DNA of 64,000 bases from the human T2T-CHM13v2.0 reference genome, Homo sapiens (GCF_009914755.1 NC_060935.1); one strand, 5' to 3'. Numbered from the stretch's first letter, positions 28,941 to 42,655 are shown. The notes: generated from the letters alone by a model not told the origin. A program made the numbers and translations.

Positions 28941-29929
28941 TAAATGAATAAACCGTTAACACCATGTAATTTCCTTAATTTTTAAAATGTTTATCTGATG
29001 ATGATATCCCAAGACTGAAAATGCCTGTTTTGGACCTTCTGAAGCCTTCCTAGAAGGATTGCCCTCTTTGATATTCATTATAATTCTCTGATCTATCTAA
29101 ATCACTATTATTATGAGGCCCATTTTAGGGAATAGGATAATAAAGTCAAGAGACATTATATGGTTCTCTTGAGGGCAATCAGCAAGGAAGTCACAAAGAC
29201 AAATTTCTGACTCTCTTTCCAGTCCTTCTTTAATTACACCATTCTGTTACACACTTCACATCACAACAAATTACTGACCTGTTTATCCTTGTATCATCAG
29301 TATTTTATGCAAGGTATAATTAATAATAGATTCAGAAAATAATGTGTACAATAATCTGTATTTCATGTTTAGAATTTTAAAAATTTACGACTGAGAGAAG
29401 ATTAAGAGATAATCTTTTCAGCTCAAGCCCTTCTAGTTGGAAATGAGAAAAATGAAACTCAGAAGGCTGAGCTAATTTTCACAGTGTCATTGCATGAGTA
29501 GTATCTGTGCCAGGGATGAAACCCAGTTCTATCTGATGGCGAACTTTGGTTCTTTCTTGAATAGTATGCTAGTTGACAGGTTGTGGTACTGGAGAAATTC
29601 CTTCATCTATGGCTGAAGAGTTATGAAACAAATTGCTATAATAATTATAACATTTTTTAAAGTTTATGAAAACTTCTAAACAGATGTTGCCTAAAGAGCA
29701 AAAATAAAATAAAAATTAATGTAAATAAAGAAGAACAGTTGTAGACAAATACTCTAGGGCATTAGGTAATAGCACATAAAATCTATAATTTTAAACTACT
29801 TTTTACTTATAAAAATGGCAATTTTGTATGGCTCAACTAAATAGTAAAACCTCAGGATAAACCTGCTTATCATATTGGCGTGTATATTAAAATGCTACCA
29901 ATGGCATGAACCCTTATTAATATATTAAA

Positions 29930-30965
29930 AATGCAACAAAAACAAAAAAATTGACAAATGGGACTTAATCAAACTAAATAACTTCTGCATAGCAAAAGAA
30001 ACAATCAACAGAGTAAACAGACAACCTACAGAATGGCAGAAAATATTTGCAAACTATGTATCTGACAAAGAGCTAATATCCAGAATCTATAAGGAGCTTA
30101 AACAAATATACAAGTAAACCCCAAGTAACCCCATTAAAAAGCAGGCAAAGGCCATAAACAGATACTTCTCAAAAGAAGACATACGAATGACCAACAAACA
30201 TAAAAAATGCTCAATATTACTAATCATCAGAGAAAAACAAATGAAAACCACAGTGAGATACCATCTCACACAAGTCAGATTGGCTATTGCCAAAGTCAAA
30301 AAATAACAAATTTTGACAAGGAGGTGGAAAAAAGGGAACGCTTTTGCATTGCTGGTGGGAACATAAATTAGTTCAGCCCCTATGGAAAGTAGTTTGAAGA
30401 TTTCTCAAAGAAATAACAGTGGAAATATTCAACTCAGCAATCCCACTACTGGGTATGCATCCAAAGAAATATAAATCATTCTACCAAAAATACACATGCA
30501 CTCATGTTTATTGCAGCCCTATTTTCAATAGCAAAGACATAGAATCAACCTAGGTGCCTGTCAATGGTAGAGTGAATAAACAAAATGTGGTACATATGCA
30601 TCATGGAATACTATGCAGCCATAAAAAAGAATCACAACCTTTCTAGCAACATGGATGCAGCTGGACGCCATTATCCTAAGTGAATTAACTCAGAAACAGA
30701 AAATCAAATATTGCATGTCCTCACTTATAAGTGAAAGCTTTTAAAAAGCTGCAAATGGACACAAAGATGGAAACAATAAACACTGGGGTCTCCAAAAGGG
30801 AGGAAGGATAGAAGAAGGAGGGTAAGTGTTGAAAAATTACCTATTGAGTACTATGTTCACTATTTTGGTGATGGGTTCAATGGAAGTCCAAACCCCAGCA
30901 TTATGCAATATATTCATGCAAGAAACCTGCACATATACCCCCTTAAACTAAATTAGATAAAAATA
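29930..30965 (+). mobile_element. L1PB-like 3' fragment
   Basis: ORF2 end plus 3'UTR gaaaaattacctattgagtactatgttcac...aaacctgcacatataccccc. Confidence 0.88.
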
Positions 30966-31175
30966 GTATTCATTTATTCATTTATTAAATATTTATTGAG
31001 CAATTTCTATGTATAACATTGAGTTTCATGTTTATAGAATAAAAGATGAATACAATCCAAACCCTGCACTGATGGAGAATGTTAACTTAGCACTAGGACA
31101 AAATATGGATAGCATTATTATAAAACAATAGCACCTCTTCATTAATCAGAATGTGAATGGGTCAGAAGTATAGTA

Positions 31176-31528
31176 TAGTCATGTGCTGCATAATGACATG
31201 TGAGCTAACAATACACCACATATACACCAATGCTGGTACCATAAGATTGTAATACCATATTTTTGTCGTATCTTTTCTATGTTTGCATATGTTTAGATAA
31301 ACAAATACTTACCATTGTGTTACAGTTTCCTACAGCATTCAGTACAATAACATGCTATACAAGTTTGTAACCTAGGAGCAATAGGCTATATAACATATAG
31401 CCTAGTTGTGTATTAGGCTATACCATCTGGGTTTGTATAAGTACACTCTATGATGTTCACACAAGGACAAAATCGCCTGATGATGCATTTCTTAGAAAGT
31501 ATCCCCATCATTAAGCAACACATGATTA
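31176..31528 (+). mobile_element. Tigger3a-like non-autonomous Tc1/mariner (pogo) element
   Basis: Degenerate TIRs tagtcatgtg / cacatgatta flanked by TA on both sides (31174-75, 31529-30); ~350 bp. Confidence 0.85.
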
Positions 31529-31529
31529 T

Positions 31530-31710
31530 ATATCCTTACATGCATATCTCATTTTAATTCTCTAATAATCTTCAAGGTTAGAAAAATATTCTTATTTTCC
31601 AAATGAGGAAACTGAGTTTCAGAAAAGTAAAAATTCTTCAGACAAGTTACAGGGTTTTTAAGTGCCAAAGCCAGTATCTGAATTCAGGCCTACCTGTCTC
31701 CAAAACCTAT
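31530..31710 (-). mobile_element. MIR remnant
   Basis: ttttccaaatgaggaaactgag...tgaattcaggcctacctgtctccaaaacc. Confidence 0.7.
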
Positions 31711-32487
31711 ATTAATTCTAGTTAATAATGCTGATAAAATCTTATGCATGGTGAGGTTGTTGAGCAAATAAAATGATTACACTCTACTGCTGAGAAGATA
31801 AATTGGGAGACTGTTGGCCAGTATCTACCAAAGCTGAATACATGCATACTGTATCACCCAGAAATTCCAAGGTGTATTTTTTATGATCAATTTTGCCATA
31901 GGTTAGTCTATTTTTTTTAACCGTTTAAGAAACCAGTTTTTGGCTTTGCTTATTTTCTTCAGTTTATCTTTGTCATTTTTTGTTATATTAACTACTGTTT
32001 TTGTTTTCATAACTTTTTTCTTTCCTTTGAGTTTAATCTGTCATGCTTTTATCAGTGTGCTGTTGAACACTTTCTAAAATTTCTGTTTTTCTTGCCAGCT
32101 AATTTATTTGCCATTAAACTTTTTTCTTACAGTAACATTTTGATTACATTCACAGGTAATTGTACTGTTTTATTAATATTCAGTTCTAAGTACTTTCTAA
32201 TTTCTCTAGGATATCTTCATTGACTTCAGATCAATGTAGAAATGTGTTTTTAAACTTCCAATTGTTTGGGGGCGTATTTTTAGTTAAATTGTTATTGATT
32301 TCTAATTTAATTTTGTTATGGTCAAAAAATATAGTCTAAGTAAAAAAGTCAGATACTACAACAGTACAAAAATTTATGTCAGTGACCATCTATGGCTCCT
32401 TAATATTAGGAGAAAAGATTGCAAAAACCCGAGAAATTATTTGCTACAGTAGTCAATTTCTGATTTCAAAGTTGGGATGAAGCTTCA

Positions 32488-33050
32488 GTCTTAGCTGGAG
32501 CTCTCTTGAAAGTCAGAGCCTGATGCTATCCCTCCCCTGACGAGTTAATGGGTGCAGCACACCAACATGGCACATGTATACATATGTAACAAACCTGCAC
32601 GTTGTGCACATGTACCCTAAAACTTAAAGTATAATAATAATAAAAAAAAGAAAGTCAGAGCCTGAGACTTAAGCATACATGCTTATAGTTTGGGAATATG
32701 ATCCAAAGGAGCAAGAATACAGGATAGGGAATGTGAAAAAGGAAAGGAAGAAAAGGCAATACAAAAATATGCACTGATTGGCCATCCCCAGGACTTTTAT
32801 AAGGCTCTTGTAAGGACCTTCATAAGAATCTTTCACTGGAAATTTGTCTCAGAATCATGTGCCTTAGGAGACTAATGTCAAGGAATTTATCTATTGCCTA
32901 TGCCCCTCTTGGTCAACTGGCATTATCTCCCTGCACTTCCAGCTTGTACATACATAAATGCAGAAGAGATCCTATGATACTAGAAAGCTCCAAGGCAGAA
33001 TGTGAAAGATGCAAGGTGCAGGTCTGAGCCATGCACTGTCCTATTGCACC
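32488..33050 (-). mobile_element. Old ERVL-type LTR (LTR16/33-like), host of the micro-L1
   Basis: gtcttagctgg...cagagcctgagacttaag...tttgggaatatgatcc motif. Confidence 0.45.
32524..32649 (+). mobile_element. 126-bp twin-primed L1PA stub
   Basis: Perfect 16-bp TSD GAAAGTCAGAGCCTGA (32508-32523, 32650-32665). Inverted TGCTATCCCTCCCC, then sense TGACGAGTTAATGGG and A-tail. Confidence 0.95.
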
Positions 33051-33468
33051 TGCAAAAGTCTGGTCAAAAACCTCAACAAAACAAAAGCATTGCTAGAATA
33101 AGAGGTACGGTCAAGGACATGGAAGTGCCAACAAAAAGATGTGCCTAATATTGCTCCTAAAGCTAACAAAATTTCATTTTGCTTTCCTTTGCCTTTTTTG
33201 TGCTTTTGGTCTCCATAGTCCCTTATGAGGAGAAAGGCCAATAAGGCCAAAGGATTTAACTATTCCTACATCCTCTGCCTGTAGTTACCTTCTGGAAATT
33301 CAGATGAAATCTTGTCATCTCTTTCCTCCCATTTTAAACCACGTAATCGTTTTTCATTCTCTTGGAATAAACACAAGACACTTTTGGTGCCTTTCTGCAT
33401 AAGTTAAACCTCATTTTTCACCAATCTCCCCTTGTCTCTCTGTGCTCCAGTCACACTGGTCTTTTTTC

Positions 33469-33610
33469 TTTTTTTTAATATACATAATTTTAATTATACT
33501 CTAAGTTCTAGGGTACATGTGCACAACATGCAAGTTTGTTACATATGTATACATATGCCATGTTGGTGTGTTGCACCCATTAACTCGTCATTTACATTAG
33601 GTATATCTCC
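33469..33610 (-). mobile_element. Short L1PA4/5 3' stub inside L2-like sequence
   Basis: ttatactctaagttctagggtacatgtgcac...catttacattaggtatatctcc; short flank repeat CTTTTT(T)C. Confidence 0.92.
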
Positions 33611-34500
33611 TTTTTCTCACCCTACAGAGCTATGTTTCTTTTTCCTCAGTACCTTCATACATTCTATTTTGTCTTCTCTCTTTACTCATCTTTCAAGTCA
33701 TATCTCAAATGTCTTAGAATCATCCTCTAAGAATCTGTGTCTGCTTCCACAGACTTCCTCGTGTCCCCCTATTGTTACATGTCTTTACAATCTTTAATAC
33801 CATTTAAAACTATGCATTTATTTGCATGCTAATATGACCCATGGCTATCGTATCTATTAAACTGTAAGCATGTGAGAGCAGAAAGTTTGAATGTAATTCA
33901 CCATAAGCAACTTAGTACCTGGAATTGACTATTGTGCACATAAGGAACATAAACATTTGTAGAATCAAACGTTTCTTAGAAAATCATCAATGTTCTTCCT
34001 ACCCCTATTGAGTGTAATTTGAAGTTCTTGGCCCTTACCATTCAGCAACTTTCTCAGAAACTTCATGCTTTCAGACTGCTTTTGGTTTTGTCCCCTTAAG
34101 CATACTTTGTTAATTTGTTTCTCCTTTTAAACCTTTGCTCTCACTGTATTGCCTCCATACTTGAAATGTCCCTCTATTTTTCTACCCGTCATAATTCTTT
34201 CATGCATTGAAGTCCAGCCCACGTTGCTCCTTTCACATTCATAGTAATATTTCTACAGAGCTCCTGAAGCCATTTTTGTTTCGTGTGTGTGTACCTCCAG
34301 ATTATCAGTTCCAAGGTCTAATAGGCACATCTTATTTCAAAACCTGGAGCAAGAGGTCTTTAGTATGCAGATGAGAGCAAGGGCCATAGTTGTCTTTTTT
34401 AAAACCCTACACAACCACTCTATTGACAAATGCCAATAATAGGTAATAATTGGTAGAAATACTTGATATAGAACAATCGGAGTAAGTCAAACAGAGTTTA

Positions 34501-35249
34501 TGTGATGGTTAATGAGTGGTGACTTGATTGGAATGAAGGATGCAAAGTATTAATCCTTGGTGTGTCTGTGAGGGTGTTGCCAAAGGAGATTAACATTTGA
34601 GTCAATGGGCTGGGGGAGGCAGACCCACCCTTAATCTGGTGGGCACCATTTAATCAGCTTCCAGGGAATATAAAACAGGCATAAAAACATGAAAAGGAGA
34701 CACTGGCCTAGCCTCCCAGCTTATATCTTTCTCCCATGCTGGATGCTTCCTGCCCTCAAACATTGGACTCCAATTTCTTCAGTTTTGGGACTTGGACTGG
34801 CTCTCCTTGCTCCTCAGCTTGTAGACAGTCTATTGTGGGACCTTGTGATGGCCTAAGTTAATACTTAATAACTTCTATTTATTATATGTATATAATAATA
34901 TATATACTTAATATAATACTTAATAAATTCCATTTATATAATACATATATTTATGTTATATATACATATAATACATGTTATATATACATATATATGTATT
35001 ATATGTATATATAAACACCCACATTTATATATACATATATTATATTAATGTATTATATTTTTATAATATATTGTATTATAATTATAATTATATAATATAT
35101 TGTATTATATATTATACTTATAAATATATATAATGTATATATTTATATATACATACAATATATGTATATGTAAATTTGAGTTATTAAATATATATATATG
35201 TTCTCTAGAAGGACAGAACTAATAGGATATATATATCCTGACTAATACA
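34501..35249 (+). mobile_element. MLT2A (HERVL) solo LTR with an expanded AT-rich tract and an internal micro-inversion
   Basis: TGTGATGG...CTAATACA termini; perfect TSD GTTTA at 34496-34500 and 35250-35254. Confidence 0.92.
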
Positions 35250-36809
35250 GTTTACTTACCTGAATTATACAATCTGAAATCAGCATATCAAGATACCCAG
35301 CAGAGAAACAGCCAGTGTCTCCAAGGCACAGAGGTGTAGATTTCGAGACCAAAGGCTTGCAGTTTCAGATGACAACGTGTATGAGCAATAATCCCATCAG
35401 AACTCTTAGGAGCATAATGGCCACCTTTTTTCACTTAAACTCATATGTATATGTGCAACGACCACCTCATCTTGGCCTGGAGCATCTATCAATCTTTAAG
35501 CTCTATAGTTCACAATATCAACATAAGCTACATGGCACATAGCTCTCACACACCACCCTCACACACTCCAGGCTATATCAGGCTAGAATAAGAACATTCC
35601 AGTGCTGCAGAACCAGAAAAAAAATTATTTTGACAGACATCTCTGGAGAATGATGATGAGCTCCACTATTAAGCTCATTCTATAGATCTGTGTATTGTTA
35701 CTGTTATTATTATTATTTTGGATTTTAGTTTCCAGTATCTAAAAGTAAGAAGATACACACAAAAATCCATATTTCTTGTTTCTCTTAAAAATTCAGAGGG
35801 CAAGAGCGAACATATCTTCCTCAATGGCTATAAATAGTTGAGTAGTAACTGTCCTTTTTAGAAGAGAAATGCATGCTCAAATTTCTCCTGTTTCCCGCCA
35901 TCTACATTTGCATTTCCATGGACAACTGCATTCATTTCTAATACCTACCAGAGTGCTATGGACCTGGGCCCATTTGAATCCCCATCTAAACTGCAAGCTC
36001 TTTATGCACAGGGGCCTTCCCTTACTTAGATCAGCTTTCTCTAAGATTGCCTCATGCGTGGTGCTGCCTATAAGGATTGGAAAGAACAGAGTTGTGTAAA
36101 GAGCAGTAGACATAGAGTTCAATTTTCAGTCCTTTCCCTTGGTAGTTTTATGATCCTGGGGATGTTTCCTCATTTATCAAGCAGAATAGCTACAACACCC
36201 ATTTGATAGAATTACTGTGAATTAGATAACATTATGCAAAGTATAAGAAATATAGTAGGCCCTCAATAGATGCCCGTTTATCATTTTTATTTGTACTTGA
36301 TTGATTGCATAAAACCTGCAAAGAAAAATGAAGCCTAGATCATCAGGTCAGCAAGAGACACATTAAACAGATGGCAAGGCAACAAGGAGATGAGGCATGA
36401 GAGAGCAATTTGAAGAAGCCAGGAATGGTGAGGTTTAATCAATATGGAAATGTGGGCACAAAAGGACCTGGATGATGCTGAATACATTTTTATCTCTAAT
36501 AATGAGGACACAGAGCCACCCTAGCAGGCTGTGCAGATCTCCCAGTCTATTATCCTAGAGTTGTTATTGCCCTGTGCTATTCTGTAATTTGCACGGTAAA
36601 TGAAAGTAGGGTCTGAGACAGGGACACAGAGCCCACTGAGGCTGGTGCACTCTCACAGGCCAGGTGGGCAGGCCCATCTGCACAATAAAATGATAAGACT
36701 CATACCCTTCATAGTTGCTTTCCATAAGAACAATAATGGCAAACACACAGTAATTAGTATTGCATTTGTTCAGATATTATCACTCTTGTTGTAATTTGTA
36801 TTGCTTAGG

Positions 36810-37055
36810 CGAAGGTATATTGAGCATTTGCTATGATTAGGTTCTATGCTAAATGCTTTATGTATTTTTTCTACAATTAATCCTCTGCACAATTCTATAC
36901 AGTAAGCTGGAATATGTACTATTATTGTCCTTTTAAAATGAGAAACTAAAATTCATAGGAACTAAATAACTTGGATTTTCTGATGTGGCTGGCAAGTAGT
37001 GGAGCCATGATTTGAACTAACGCCTGTCTGATTTCAGAGCCCTTGCTCTTAATCT
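36810..37055 (-). mobile_element. MIR
   Basis: tattgagcatttgctatg...aaatgagaaactaaa...ctgtctgatttcagagccc. Confidence 0.75.
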
Positions 37056-37869
37056 ACTTAAAAGATAAATCTTGTCATCACTGCATCATTAGCATAAGTA
37101 TCACAACCAATATTATTGTCCAGGGTTATCAAATGCACTCACTGACCTTGACTGGTTCATAGTCTACCAAAGGTGAAAAATCATGAATATCAATAAAAAG
37201 CTATGACTTTCTTGCCTTCCATGAATATTAATGAGTATATTGTTTTTAGTATATTTTCTGTCCTCCTATCCCTATAAAGGCTGGTAAAAGAATCAGTTAG
37301 CCTAAGGACATCAAAAATTAAGATCCAGTGTTTATGTTCCCCCACTGCAACACTCCCACCAGTGGTCCTCCAATCTTAACATTAATACTGACAGATAATA
37401 TATTACTTAGTAACTCAGGTTAGCTAGAGAGTCCTTCCCCCATATCTTCATCCACTGACCCAAGTTCTGTTTTCTAGGGTCTCATGGATCAAATCTAGCT
37501 GTGCTGAAATAGGGAGGAAAAGATAAAATAAATAAGCAGAATAAACAAAGGAGAAAAAGATTATATAGGTACAAAAACTAGAGCAATCCCTATAAAACCA
37601 TTACCTTTTGCAAATCTGACAAAAGCACTGCATTATTAGTGGCCTCCTGTAGGCATTGCTTAGGGCAAGCAAATAGCTGTTTGGATAATTACTTTGAATT
37701 GTTCGGTTTTGAAGATTTATTTAGCTTGTCAAAATTGAGTCTGCAATTCAATGTCATTCACTGGTTTTTGCAGTTCTTCCCAAGTACAAGAACTAATGTG
37801 CCTGATACTAAGACTACGCCCCCTTCTTGAGCCAATCTTGGCCAAGACAGTGAATCTATCAGTACACAT

Positions 37870-39515
37870 TAATTCATTTACCAACAAATTTATTGATTAT
37901 TGAGCATGTCCTAGGTACTGTGATAGGTGCTGGGAATAAAGTCAACTTTATTAAACAAAGCAAGGTTGAAAGAACAACATTCTTGCCAACGCAGGAGTTT
38001 ACATTTTAGGGGGATAGAATTACAAAATAAAAATCAATATTTAATTTGATAAATGCTACAAAGAAAAATGAAGCATTTAAGAGGACTGAGGCTGACTAGG
38101 ATGCAATGCTGTTTTACATGATGTCCTTGGGATCTTTCCTCTAATGAGCCCACATTTGAGCAAAGACTTGCAGAAAGTAAGAGAGAAAGTTCTGTGTATC
38201 TCCAGACAGAGGGACCAGTAACACACAGTCCCTGAGTTGGGTGTATGCTTGGTAGGGTATTCACAGAATAGGAAGAAGGAAGGAGTGAGCCAAGGGGAGG
38301 GTGGTGAGAGATAAGAGAAAAGCAGCTGTTAAGAGACAGGGTCCTTATAGTCCAGGGTATTATTATTTTTCAATTTTATTCTGGAAGCCATGGAAAGATT
38401 CTGGGCATAGGACAACTGGTCTGGCTGCTGAATACAAATGATTAAAAATATGAAGGAGAGGGGCAGGAATTTCAGTTGAGAAGATTTAGAGCCAAATAAA
38501 AGGTGTGGTGACTTGATTATAGGAATGTGGGAAGTGATGGGAAATGGGCATATTTGAGATACACAAGAGAATATGCTGATAGGTTGAATGTTGTATTAAT
38601 TTTCTAGGACTACCATAACAAAATACCACAGACCAGGTGTCTTTAAACAACAGAAATTTATTTTCTCACAGTTCTGGAGGCTGAAGTTCCAGAGCAAGGT
38701 GTCAGCAGGTTTAGTTTCTTCTAAGGCCTCTCTGGCTTATACATGTCTGACTTCTCATTGTGTGTTTACATGGTCATGCCTCTGTGCACAAAATGTTTGT
38801 GTCCTAATCTTCTCTCATAAGGACACCAGTCAAGTTGTATTAGAACCCACCCATAGGATAAAGGCCCTGTCTCCAAGTATAGTCACATTCTGAGGTACTG
38901 GAGGTTAGAACTGCAACATATGAATTTGAAGGGGAGCACAGTTCAGTCCATAACAGATAAAGAACATCAGAGGAAGACAGGACATCAAAAGACTCTAACA
39001 TTTTTTTCTTTCCTAAACACTAAGGAGATGGGTGTTGCCGTTTACTGAGAAAGGAAGAATAGGGGAATAGCAAATTTGAAGATAAAAATCAGTGGGAGGT
39101 CATATTGAGTAGGCAGTTGGATTTGATGCTGGAATTCAAGGAAAGGCCAGGGATAGAGATACATTAGGGTGTTTGACAGAAAATATGTGGTATTTAAAAT
39201 GTGAGACAGTTGAAATTGCCTAGAATGTGTTCAGATAGAGAATAAAATAAGCATGTAGACTGAGACCTAAGCCACTCCAATATACGAAAGTCCTAGAGTA
39301 AAGGAGACTGAGGAGTAACCACAGAGGTAGGAGTAGGACCCAGAAAGTGTGTATCTGAGAAGCATAGCTAACAAAATGTTTCAAGATGAAGTCTCAAATG
39401 TATTACAATTTGCCAATAAGACAAGTAAAATGATGACCAAGGAGAGGCCACTGGATTTTTCTACCTGAAAGTTGTTGTTGACAAATCAATATTGGTGAAG
39501 TAGTAAATATGAATT
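37870..39515 (-). mobile_element. L2, interrupted by MLT1
   Basis: ttcatttaccaacaaatttattga..., tgccgtttactgagaaaggaaga, ccactggattt. Confidence 0.75.
38592..38955 (-). mobile_element. MLT1B-like LTR
   Basis: tgtattaattttctagg...aaacaacagaaatttattttctcacagttctggaggc...ttcagtccataaca. Confidence 0.85.
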
Positions 39516-41466
39516 CTTAATTCCTCACATACGGCAAATCAATTCTCCAATTCATTTTGCGATCTCACTCCTGGTATTCAGAGCATGTAGGTGGACAGAA
39601 ATTCTCTGCATATTCACCTGGATTCAGTTTTCTTCTTCCTCCCCTGTGATCAAGTACTCAAGTTCCTCAACTTGATTAGCAAACTGATAGTTCACCTAGC
39701 TCTTGCCACCTTATTCCTTCCATGTGATGAAATCAACTGCTCCTTGAGGTTTTGCTCTGAGTCAAATGAATCACCTAAAACCACAATTTTTCCCTGACCT
39801 CAAACTAAGAATCCCAGTTGCTTGCCTAGAACTACCTGTTGCCATTTTAAACACTCTGTATCTGACTATAGATACAATAGATTATTTATCTAGAAAGCCA
39901 AGTACAGGAAACATTCAACCACAAATTCTCCTTAAAAAATCTTATTTTCACAATTATCCATCTGATAAATTAAGTCATTTAAAAAATTAAGTCATTACTT
40001 GCTATAATGGATAGCACCTGAAGGTGGTTACATCCACCAGGCCATGAATAACTCACTGGTGATGGTGTGGTGGTCCAGTATCTATTACATGGATATGGTG
40101 GTATGTTTCATAACAGATCACTGAGATGATTGCATACTGATAACATACAAATTGTGGTTGTTGTTAGTTATTTTATGTTTTGAGCAGTAAAATCTATTTT
40201 GGAAAATAAATTGCAATCAGGCAAGTGTACAGAAGTTATACTAATTTTAAACAAGTTGGGCTTAGGAAATGCAATCGGAAAAAAAACTATTTTTTCCTTC
40301 CCCACTGTCCATTCAGACATGCCCTGTAGGCCTATTTCAAAACTGCTCTTTTGTTTCTAAATCACAAAACAATAATCGTTTGGTAGCTATATGTACAACT
40401 AAGTAAAAGAATAAAAGAAAAATCTAGACTTTTTAAGATTTAAAATGTTTGCCCTCCTCCAGCTTAGGCCTGCTTCAGAGGTATGTGTTTGACTTATTTC
40501 CAACTTCTGTAATTTTATTCTCTTTCTCTAATACATTGCTTCTGGTATCATCAGGGTTAAGAACAAAGGAGGGAGAAGAGATTTGGAGGCAGAAAAGTTC
40601 TAAAAGGTAGAAAGGTGGCAATGGCATGTCATATGCTCATGCCTGGGCTCTCTGGGTTTAAGAGATATTTCACCTGGCTCTTTCTTTCATAGGATGCTTT
40701 AGCAGGCTCATCAGAGAAGCCCCATTCAATGGATTGATTCAGTCTCCTCCTACAGTGCCTGAACATGGATAATACACTTCTCTTTCAAACCCTGGTTGTA
40801 TGTGGACATTCCTATATATACTCTTTCCTGTTCCCTTGAACAATGTCCCTTTAATATTGCCTCAGGTGCTCACACTTGTGTTTACCAGCTCTTATTCTCT
40901 CTCTATCCCCCTTACAAAGACACACCTTTGTTCCTCAGTAAATACACCCTGACTTGTCATTGGTAGAAGCACAGCACAGGTGCTTCTAAAATGTAGCTAC
41001 CATCTTTCTTTCTGCTGTCAGCTAGGCAACTCCAGCTACAGGTGTTCACTTTCGGACCTCCCAGGCATAGATCCAGTAACAGGCTCTGCATCTTGACATA
41101 CTCCAGGGACATGGAATCAACTTCTCCAAGTGGCCACCTTGAAGCCCCTCTCACTTGGCATAAAAAGAAGAGAAGATTGCTAACACTGCTGCCCCATGAG
41201 TGCTCCATCTGTGTCCATGTATCATATTAACAATGTTCTTTTAAAAATGCAGTTCGAATTGCCAACAACTCTTTGGCCACTATAATGCCTTTGGAAAACT
41301 GAGACTAGAGGTGAACTAAAAGTTGAAAAACTAGTTCTTGATTGCCTGCTAGGTAAGCTCTATTCAGGTAGATTTGTACCTCACTTTGGAATGTGGGAGT
41401 ATTTGCCACCTATTTCACTTATTTTCTTGAGGTTTTAGCAAATAATGACAGAAAATGTCTCATTTT

Positions 41467-41721
41467 TTGTTTTTTTATTTTTTATTTTTTATTTTTGTTG
41501 GTACATATAGTAGTTGTATATATTTATGGGACACATGAGATGCTTTGATACAAAAAAAAGTTAGAAAGAATGAAGACCTATTGTTTGATAGCAACTGGTA
41601 ACTATAGTCAATAATAACTTAATTGTACATTTTTAAGTAACTAAAAGAGTATAATTGGAATGTTCATAACATAAAGGGGACCCATTCTCCATGATGTGAT
41701 TATTTCACATGGCATGCCTAT
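41467..41721 (-). mobile_element. Short twin-primed L1MA (L1MA2/3-like) 3'UTR insertion
   Basis: Minus 3' tip 41467-41552 plus inverted piece 41553-41721. 17-bp TSD AGAAAA(T/G)GTC(T/C)CATTTT at 41450-41466 and 41722-41738. Confidence 0.88.
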
Positions 41722-41799
41722 AGAAAAGGTCCCATTTTGATGTCTTGTTAATTTAGCATATAAATATATTGCATAAAGAAAATTTGGGGGAGAGGAGGA

Positions 41800-42163
41800 T
41801 GTATTAATCCATTTTCACACTGCTATAAAGAACTGAGAGTGGGAATTTATAAAGAAAAGAGGTTTAACTGACTCACAGATCCACATGACTGGGGAGGCCT
41901 CAGGAAACTTACAATCATGGCAAAAGGTGAAGGAGAAGCAAGCACCATATTTACAAGGCAGCAGGAAAGAGAGGTTGCAGGGACTGCCACATACTTTTAA
42001 ACCATCAGATCTTGTGAGAACTCACTCACTATCACAAGAACAACATGGGGGAATCCATGGAAGATCCCATGATCCAATAACATCCCACAAGATCCCTCCC
42101 CTGACACATGGGGATTACAATTTCAGATGAGATTTGAGTGGGGTCCAGAGCCAAACCATATCA
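41800..42163 (-). mobile_element. THE1D/MSTA-like solo LTR
   Basis: tgtatta...ccatatca with perfect TSD GAGGA. Confidence 0.9.
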
Positions 42164-42264
42164 GAGGACTAATTAGTATATTTAAACTCTAGAAAAATGT
42201 TCAGCCAACACTGATCATTGACATTCTAAAGAAAATTCTACTGGCCTTTAAAATATGGCCCAGT

Positions 42265-42655
42265 TATATAATAGTATACTGCTCAGCAAAAAAGTAAATA
42301 ACTAGAGATGCATGCAACAACCTTGATCTATCTCAAAAAAAAAAAAAAAAAAAAAACCACTATGCAGGGCAAAAGAAGCCAGCCACAAAATAGGACATAT
42401 TACCATACCATTTACATGAAACTCTCAAAAACAAAAATCTAAATCATTACTGACAGACAGAAAATCAGTGATCGCTTATAAATGTGAGGGAGTTTCACTG
42501 GGTTGAGGTACAAGAATTTTCTTGGTGACAGAAATGCTTATGGTGGTGAATATATATGTATATGAGTATATAAAGTTATCAAAACTCATCAAACTATAAA
42601 CATTTAATGTCTTTTTTTATTTTAGGTAAATTATACTTCAATAAAGTTCATTTTT
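42265..42655 (+). mobile_element. L1ME-type 3' end
   Basis: aaaagaagccagccacaaaa...atcaaaactcatcaaact...aaattatacttcaataaa. Confidence 0.7.
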
